IMG/VR virus record: IMGVR_UViG_3300005670_000019
DNA: 64,000 bases
Origin: a virus
Taxonomy: Duplodnaviria; Caudoviricetes
Reading direction: 5' to 3' (one strand)
Below the pieces are notes generated by a model, which saw only the letters and a program-made list of their open reading frames with translations, ran no database searches and had not been told where the DNA came from. Within the stretch, counting starts at the first letter, position 1; each line of letters starts with the position of its first letter. This document shows, one piece after another, positions 58,108 through 64,000 of this stretch. A program made the translations under genes and the position numbers.

Positions 58108-59022
58108 TCACAGCAAGGAGTTCAATTTGTTCCAAAAAGATAAGGGACGTTCTTTCAAACTAGCAAGAAGTTCCTCGCCAGATAACTTCGTCCATTCTTC
58201 TCCGACATGAAGAACATTTTCATTCAATATAAGATCCAATCCCATCAACTGTGCTTCAATTACAATCCTTGGACAAGTATCAAATCCGAGAGGAAGAAAA
58301 ATCAAACCTTTTCTTTTTGAAAGTTCTTCAATGAATTGATGATACGGTAAGTCACCAAGCAAGTCATATTTCAATTTAGAACTCTTTGCATACTCAATGG
58401 TTTGTTCAGTTCCTTTTATCCAAGAAGCTCCAGTAAGAATTGCCCAATGGTCACTCCTTTCAGACGTAGAAAGTTGTTTTAGTTTATCTAAATGTTCTGG
58501 TTCCCACGTGGAACTTTGTACACTTGAGTTCTTTCCTAGTTCTGGAAATCGTTCAAGATACCATTTCCTTTGATTTTCAGACATATAGAACACATGTCTA
58601 GCAGATAAGAAAAAGTTCTTCATCCACTGTCCGATAGGACGCATATGACAATCACAACTTTGACCTGTTTGAATTTGATGAAGTTGCGGAGAACGGAAAG
58701 CGCAATACTTGAAATCATATTCGATTACAAAGTATTTCGTCCCCTGTCGAACCAACTCCTCCAAGGCTTGAGGATGCATGGAAGAAAAATTGCCAATTAT
58801 CCATGTTTTATTCTTGTTGTCTCTTACAAACTCTTTTTGTTCCTCAACTGTTTTTTTGGTCGATGGTTTGAATTTATAAACAGAAAAAGGCGATGCCTTT
58901 AGAATTGCCTCTGTGGTCAATTCGGCACCGCCTCTAAAATCTTCAACAAAAAAGTCAGCTACACAAACTACTTGCTCTTTGACTTCTTGGTTTTTTATTG
59001 CGAAATGGTCAGAAAACATCAA
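58108..59022 (-). CDS. Glycosyltransferase (GT-B-like)
   Basis: GGAELT, WIKG, FDTCPRIVIEAQLMG. Confidence 0.75.
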   Translation of the reverse strand: MMFSDHFAIKNQEVKEQVVCVADFFVEDFRGGAELTTEAILKASPFSVYKFKPSTKKTVEEQKEFVRDNKNKTWIIGNFSSMHPQALEELVRQGTKYFVIEYDFKYCAFRSPQLHQIQTGQSCDCHMRPIGQWMKNFFLSARHVFYMSENQRKWYLERFPELGKNSSVQSSTWEPEHLDKLKQLSTSERSDHWAILTGASWIKGTEQTIEYAKSSKLKYDLLGDLPYHQFIEELSKRKGLIFLPLGFDTCPRIVIEAQLMGLDLILNENVLHVGEEWTKLSGEELLASLKERPLSFWNKLNSLL

Positions 59023-59630
59023 ACTTGAGCGGAAGTATCTTCCTCTTCCGCTTCCTCCTCATTAGGAGGATACCAAATCTTGCTCTCTTGTCCAGGCTTC
59101 AAGTCCTTGCGCTTGATATGGAAAATCACAGGAACAGTTCGACCCTTTGCTCCAAAGACTTCGTACTTTCCGTCTTCCTTTCGATAGAGGATTTCTGCGA
59201 ATCCAATCGAACGCTCGAAGTCTAGCTCTCCGAAAGTAAAAGTACGCTCTTCGTTGTCAGTCTTGCGCAGGACATGAAGAGTGGTTCCGTCCTTTTGAAG
59301 GACTTCAAACTTTTCATATCCAATACCAACAATATCCTCGGGTTCGATACTGTCGAAAAGTTGCTGAGTTGCAACAGGATCTTGGACCAAGTTTCCTTCG
59401 GAAAAAAGCTGCATTTCAAAATCTGCAAGCTCCATAGTCTTTTCAGTATATGCCTTGTTGTACTCATAGGTGGTACGGAAATAGGCGTACTTTTCATCGC
59501 TTGGATGCTTCTTGTTCTTGATGAAGTGCTCTTCGCGAATTTGCACGACTTCTTCGGGGTCATGCTCCGTACTATTTTCAGTGGTTTGCTCAGGAGCAAC
59601 ACTAACTTCTTGAACGTTTTCTTCACTCAT
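59019..59630 (-). CDS. Nested in-frame gene (203 aa acidic protein MSEENVQ...) with own promoter
   Basis: Internal sigma70 promoter at 59701-59673, AAGGA SD, in-frame ATG 59630. Confidence 0.55.
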   Translation of the reverse strand: MSEENVQEVSVAPEQTTENSTEHDPEEVVQIREEHFIKNKKHPSDEKYAYFRTTYEYNKAYTEKTMELADFEMQLFSEGNLVQDPVATQQLFDSIEPEDIVGIGYEKFEVLQKDGTTLHVLRKTDNEERTFTFGELDFERSIGFAEILYRKEDGKYEVFGAKGRTVPVIFHIKRKDLKPGQESKIWYPPNEEEAEEEDTSAQV

Positions 59631-60845
59631 GAGTTCATGATCCTTTTCTTGAGGAGTTTCACTCTTTCCTTCAGTATACGATAATGGAGAGGTAATTTCA
59701 AGCAAAACGTTCCAGAGGTTACCACTTGAAGTTCTCTTTCTTTCAAATCCTAACTCTTTCAATTTCCTCGCAAAAAGCTGAGATTTATAATGGGGTGGGT
59801 GCGGTACTCCATAAGTACCAAAAAACTTATCATATTGTTGCATTAGGAAATCTAATGTAACATACACTTTAGATGATTTTTGCATTGATCCAAAGAAATG
59901 CACATCAAGTTTACGAATCCAGTTTTCGTTTACTTTTTCTTCATTTTTGTTCATGAACTTTACATAACCATCCACAACTTTCGAAGGTTCATAATTGTTG
60001 TATGGTACATACTTCATTGCAGAAGATGCAATATGACTAAGTTCGTTGTCTGTTATAGTCGAAGGTTCTTCACAAAGAGATCGATATTTCAGAGCATTGG
60101 TCCACATGTCGTTCTTATAAAGAACACCTTTTGCGCGATCAGAAGAAAGTAATCGATGAATTGTGGTGTTGCGAACCCCATTTGGTATAAGGATGCCTTG
60201 ATCAAGTCTTGCGCGAATTTCTGGAACGGAAAGTCCTGCCCAATGATGAGCAAGTGGCTTATTTTGCTTTCCCGTCCCTTGTCGAACAATCGACCCAGAT
60301 TTCTTTTCTGTAAAGAACCATTCTGGAAGTTCAGCTATTTCATGATGAGAGTTCTCGTGAAAGTGATAAACTCCACCTGTTCGGTGTCTGGAGGGTGGAA
60401 CAACAACATAACCACCAGCTCCGCGAACATCAACTTTTTCTGCGATTGCGGAGATTGAGTTATTGACTTGCTTCTTTGAAAAGAACCAAAAATGATGCCC
60501 TCCGGAACCCGTTTTGTAATTGAAGGTCTTTGGAAGCTTCGATAGAAGTGGATGAGTTTTTGTATCAAAATCAAGAACAACAAGGTGCTTTCCAGAAGGA
60601 AGTTCTCCTGTGCAAACGCCAAGATTTAGCGTTGTTCCGTATTTCTCATTCCAAGTTTTCAACATAGATTTATCAGAAGAAGCAATCTTCTTCCAAGATT
60701 TTCTTATTCTTGGATGTTTTCCTGGGGAAATGCATTTCTCATTTCCACAAGTACATTTCCCCTCGTTGATTGAATGAAGAGGAAGAAAAGATATGCCGTG
60801 TTCATCAATCATTTTTGAGAATAGGTGGATGTACTTTTGCATCAT
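59019..60845 (-). CDS. Bifunctional DNA primase/polymerase (prim-pol + PriCT-like) with unrelated C-terminal extension
   Basis: CTCG...C.SPGKHP, NLGV.TG, VLDFD, TGSGG.H, VDVRGAGGYVVVPPS.H, G.RN. Confidence 0.88.
   Translation of the reverse strand: MMQKYIHLFSKMIDEHGISFLPLHSINEGKCTCGNEKCISPGKHPRIRKSWKKIASSDKSMLKTWNEKYGTTLNLGVCTGELPSGKHLVVLDFDTKTHPLLSKLPKTFNYKTGSGGHHFWFFSKKQVNNSISAIAEKVDVRGAGGYVVVPPSRHRTGGVYHFHENSHHEIAELPEWFFTEKKSGSIVRQGTGKQNKPLAHHWAGLSVPEIRARLDQGILIPNGVRNTTIHRLLSSDRAKGVLYKNDMWTNALKYRSLCEEPSTITDNELSHIASSAMKYVPYNNYEPSKVVDGYVKFMNKNEEKVNENWIRKLDVHFFGSMQKSSKVYVTLDFLMQQYDKFFGTYGVPHPPHYKSQLFARKLKELGFERKRTSSGNLWNVLLEITSPLSYTEGKSETPQEKDHELMSEENVQEVSVAPEQTTENSTEHDPEEVVQIREEHFIKNKKHPSDEKYAYFRTTYEYNKAYTEKTMELADFEMQLFSEGNLVQDPVATQQLFDSIEPEDIVGIGYEKFEVLQKDGTTLHVLRKTDNEERTFTFGELDFERSIGFAEILYRKEDGKYEVFGAKGRTVPVIFHIKRKDLKPGQESKIWYPPNEEEAEEEDTSAQV
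59673..59701 (-). promoter_or_regulatory. Sigma70-type promoter inside prim-pol ORF
   Basis: TTGAAA-17 nt-TATACT. Confidence 0.65.
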
Positions 60846-60875
60846 CCATCTAGAGTAGAGGAGAGTTGAATAACA

Positions 60876-60986
60876 CTCAAACTATATGAATAAGATCATT
60901 CTCAAGAGCATCACCTCAATCTAGGACTGGTGCTCTAATTGGTTATCTTCCACTACCTCAAACTACAGTCAAAATTTGATTGACTG
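60876..60986. repeat. Three CTCAAWCTA direct repeats plus hairpins upstream of prim-pol
   Basis: Copies at 60876, 60915, 60957; inverted repeats GAGCATCA/TGGTGCTC and CAGTCAA/TTGACTG (60966-60986). Confidence 0.5.
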
Positions 60987-60996
60987 ATATTTCAAA

Positions 60997-61845
60997 TTAG
61001 ACAGATATTCCATACCTTGCATTGAAGTATTGTCTAATATTGGTCTGTTCTTGAGTGCTTAGTTGTTTGTTGAAAATTACCAACTCTCCAACTTCTCCAA
61101 GAGTTTCATCAAACACTCTCATATCAACAGCATTCAAGTTGTTGAAACCAACATTACTTGCAGATACAGGTGTGTTGTTATTTACTCTTACATAAGCTCT
61201 AGAGTCAGCAACATCACGATAGAATTCAACTAAGAATGGTTGATCTATGGAACCAACCGATGCTGTAACTCTTTGTCCAGTGCTCAGCCATGTAAATCCA
61301 TAAACAACTGTCTCCACTTCAAACATGTGATATAGACCCCACCACCCTGGTGAATCACCAACTATTCTATGATTTGTCCACCAAGAAAGATTTGAATCGG
61401 TTGCAGGCAAACGTCGAATTCCAACATAAAACACATGCCACGACGAACCGCCACTTGTACCGGAAAGATAGGTATTTTGGAGTCCAGCAATTCCATATGA
61501 ACTGTCACTTTTTGAAACAAATGTTCTTGAGCCGCTTACAACTAATGCAAATGGCGAAGTATTTACCCAAGAAACACTTCCGGTTCTTGGTGTCCACGAG
61601 ATGACATTTCCTGTAACTTCTGCATCATCTCCAACCATCCAAAATGTAAGTGCAGCACTCGATGCTTCATCAGGATTTAGTCCGGGATCTACGGGAGGAG
61701 TAAGATTTGGCTCGATCCAAGGATCCTCACTTGTAAATCCAATCACCGTTGGAAAGATCGCATCATTAGGTGGAAAGGCATCAGTGAATAAAAAGTTGCT
61801 TCCACTCGCAGCTAATCTAAATCTGTATAAAGGTCGTTTGATCAT
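60997..61845 (-). CDS. Putative tail-fibre-associated protein (lectin-like beta-sandwich)
   Basis: W..GD, V.SW, GEVGELVIFNKQLS..E...I..Y...RYG (LamG-like end). Confidence 0.65.
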   Translation of the reverse strand: MIKRPLYRFRLAASGSNFLFTDAFPPNDAIFPTVIGFTSEDPWIEPNLTPPVDPGLNPDEASSAALTFWMVGDDAEVTGNVISWTPRTGSVSWVNTSPFALVVSGSRTFVSKSDSSYGIAGLQNTYLSGTSGGSSWHVFYVGIRRLPATDSNLSWWTNHRIVGDSPGWWGLYHMFEVETVVYGFTWLSTGQRVTASVGSIDQPFLVEFYRDVADSRAYVRVNNNTPVSASNVGFNNLNAVDMRVFDETLGEVGELVIFNKQLSTQEQTNIRQYFNARYGISV

Positions 61846-63647
61846 GAGCTGAAAATCAAATCAGAGTTATGGTGAACAATCGCAAGAGAACCTCCGCCAA
61901 TTGTTCCAGAAACTTGAACTTCAACAAGAATGCTTGAAGTGATTATTGAATTGAGATTTGCAGAAGTAAGAACAGTTGGAGTTGTACTTGTTGTATTCAA
62001 TTCAAAAACTCCTGCACCTCCAATTGGAAGATAATAACCATCTGTTATACTGAAAAGGCGAAGATGTGCTGTGTTTAAAGCATCACTTGTGCTTAGAATG
62101 GATCTCATTAGGATAGAGCCAGATTGATGTTCTGAAGATACAATATAGTTTCCCCCAACAGTTTGAGAGTTTGACTGAGTAACTGTTGTATAGTTTCCAA
62201 CAGAAACTCTCGTCGGGAAAGATGAACCTCCACCACCACCACCAGTTGCAGCAAGTTGTGTAAGAGTGTAGCCGCCTGGATTTGAAGTGTCAAAAAATCT
62301 TAGATCGTTACCATCTTTTAGGATGTATGTATCATCTGCCCATGCAAGAGCTCCGGAGGTTTTAATTGAACCTCTAAATGAAGCATACCTTGCTGAAGAA
62401 CCGGAAGTTATTGAGCCTGAAACTACTAAAAATTCATCATTGTTGGCGGAGTTATAGACAGAATCAACTTGATCTGATCTGTCTGTAAGGTAAATCGTTC
62501 CATATCGTTCCGCAACAAATGTGTCAGGATCATCATATTTTGTTCCAACTTTCAGTTCGATAAAACCAGGACTCAAAAATGAATTACCAGCTGCTAAAGA
62601 AATTGTGCCAGGAGCACCATGAGTGCTGAAATCTGAACTGCCTCCATTTCCTGCCACAACAACAAATCGACCACCGGCTCCAGCAACTTCATCAGTGTTT
62701 TCATCATTTCCACCATCTCCAAGATAGAAAGATACATCGCCACCGGCACCTGCATAAATTGGTCCTGAATTAGCTCCAGCATCACCACCATCACCAGTCT
62801 CGACATAGAAATTGCCTCCGGCACCACCGTTACCAGTGCTTCCGGCACCACCATTTCCAGTATAAAATTCAACGCCTCCACCTTGTCCACCAGATGGACC
62901 ACCGGAACCATTTCCGCAGTTGAACGAGAAATTGCCTCCCGAACCTCCTGCACCTTCTACGGTACCTCCACCAAAACCGGAATAGAATTCAAATCCGCCA
63001 CCTGTGCCTCCGCCGCCTCCAAAACCAGAATTATCTTGGTTTCCTCCGTCTCCAGCAACAAAATAATGCTTTCCGCCCGTACCACCCTTTTTATTTCCTG
63101 CTGTTGGACTGTTTCCAGTTCCGGCGTAGTATTCAATATCTCCACCTTGATATCCAATACTTGTGCCAGGTCCCAAACCAGCGTTACCGGCTCTAAGTTC
63201 CAAATTTCCGCCAGATCCAGACACCCCAACATTTGCAGCTCGAACAAGCAAATCTGTAATCAAACCTACTGAATAGTCAGAAACTTCTGCCATTCCGATC
63301 ACAACTTCACTTTCCAAGTTTGGAACATTGGAAAACGTCAAAAAATACTGACCAAGAAAAGCGTTTGATTCCGCAACAGCTATCGTTCCCGAAACTTTTG
63401 TGTCTCCACCAAAGACAACAAGACCACCATTTGACTGATCAATTGTTCCTTTCGAACCGGAAAAGAAAATAAATGTGTCAGCTCCAATAGAACTTGTATT
63501 GAAAATTGCAGTGTTGATATTACCTTGGTTTGCCGGGGTTCCATCAGCAGAAATATCATAAACCAGCAACTTTGCTGGAGTGCCTGTTGAACCAGACGTA
63601 ATAAGTTTATTGGTTCTTACTTGTGAAGCTCTGAAATCGTATGCCAT
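61842..63647 (-). CDS. Glycine-rich tail fibre protein
   Basis: Multiple G.GG / AG.GG.F.F..G.GG repeats; N-terminal DFRASQVRTNKLI. Confidence 0.75.
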   Translation of the reverse strand: MAYDFRASQVRTNKLITSGSTGTPAKLLVYDISADGTPANQGNINTAIFNTSSIGADTFIFFSGSKGTIDQSNGGLVVFGGDTKVSGTIAVAESNAFLGQYFLTFSNVPNLESEVVIGMAEVSDYSVGLITDLLVRAANVGVSGSGGNLELRAGNAGLGPGTSIGYQGGDIEYYAGTGNSPTAGNKKGGTGGKHYFVAGDGGNQDNSGFGGGGGTGGGFEFYSGFGGGTVEGAGGSGGNFSFNCGNGSGGPSGGQGGGVEFYTGNGGAGSTGNGGAGGNFYVETGDGGDAGANSGPIYAGAGGDVSFYLGDGGNDENTDEVAGAGGRFVVVAGNGGSSDFSTHGAPGTISLAAGNSFLSPGFIELKVGTKYDDPDTFVAERYGTIYLTDRSDQVDSVYNSANNDEFLVVSGSITSGSSARYASFRGSIKTSGALAWADDTYILKDGNDLRFFDTSNPGGYTLTQLAATGGGGGGSSFPTRVSVGNYTTVTQSNSQTVGGNYIVSSEHQSGSILMRSILSTSDALNTAHLRLFSITDGYYLPIGGAGVFELNTTSTTPTVLTSANLNSIITSSILVEVQVSGTIGGGSLAIVHHNSDLIFSS

Positions 63648-63657
63648 GTTTATTCCA

Positions 63658-63666
63658 ATAACTATT
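63658..63666 (-). promoter_or_regulatory. Candidate late promoter (AATAGTTAT)
   Basis: TANTTA motif 10 nt upstream of ATG 63647. Confidence 0.35.
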
Positions 63667-64000
63667 CAAATGCCAATACATGTATTGGACTATTAATTTC
63701 TGCACTGCTTGTCAGTATAACATTGTCTGCATCTGCATAGGAACTTGAAAGTTGAACATCGATATCTCCATTTCCAAGAGTATCAAACGCTGTAAACAAA
63801 ACTCTACTAAATGAAGACGTTAATTCTGTGTATGGGATGCTAAACTCATTTCCAGATACCGTAACAGCATTTGCTGAAACCATGAAGGCGCTTCCTGTAA
63901 ATGAACTGGTCACCACTACAGGATAAGTTGTAGAGTAGATTGCACGATATCTGATATTGCCTGCGTATGGTGCTGAGGTTCCAATGTCAAAACCAGTGGT
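63662..64000 (-). CDS. Putative virion protein, 5' end beyond the right edge
   Basis: Frame of ORF 63662..63916 stays open to 64000 (TTGFDIGTSAPYAGNIRYRA...). Confidence 0.65.
   Translation of the reverse strand, partial: TTGFDIGTSAPYAGNIRYRAIYSTTYPVVVTSSFTGSAFMVSANAVTVSGNEFSIPYTELTSSFSRVLFTAFDTLGNGDIDVQLSSSYADADNVILTSSAEINSPIHVLAFE

Noticed and set aside
41196-59022. Bacterial O-antigen/capsule locus (host DNA or chimera)
   Set aside because: No flippase, polymerase or priming transferase; genes are closely coupled to phage-type genes on both sides.
61842-63647. Collagen or diversity-generating retroelement target
   Set aside because: Repeats are not Gly-X-Y, and no reverse transcriptase or template/variable repeat pair is visible.
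1-64000. Stop-codon reassignment as in some jumbo phages
   Set aside because: Long genes tile the window in the standard code, and TAG, TGA and TAA all terminate genes.

Overview
This window is a gene-dense 64-kb segment of a large (jumbo-type) lytic myophage genome in standard genetic code, almost all on the minus strand. Left to right: (1) a replication/recombination block with a fused SbcD-SbcC (Mre11-Rad50) gene running off the left edge, a DnaG-type primase, a RuvC-like resolvase and a T4 gp4-like head-completion nuclease. (2) A long tail/baseplate region (about 6.5-39 kb) with LamG, FnIII-like, tail-collar-like, gp6/J-, gp25- and gp5-like genes. It is interrupted by a plus-strand, visibly GC-richer island of small genes (20.2-25.0 kb) with five sigma70-type promoters. 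(3) A gp55-like late sigma factor. (4) An ~18-kb glycan cluster with 8-10 glycosyltransferases, gmd, fcl, rmlB, a DegT aminotransferase, a GNAT, a cupin and two methyltransferases, with a GMPR/IMPDH and a PD-(D/E)xK nuclease embedded. (5) A prim-pol gene and tail-fibre genes. The best candidate for an undescribed system is a phage-encoded cytoplasmic glycosylation pathway with no membrane components, paired with a subset of virion proteins rich in [S/T]-[G/A/S]-S tripeptides. Other notable items are a candidate -1 frameshift fusing two nucleases, a promoter and gene nested in frame inside prim-pol, bidirectional late-promoter palindromes and leaderless early genes. No tRNA, rRNA, CRISPR array or transposon was found. 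All family calls come from motif recognition by eye; no database searches were run.
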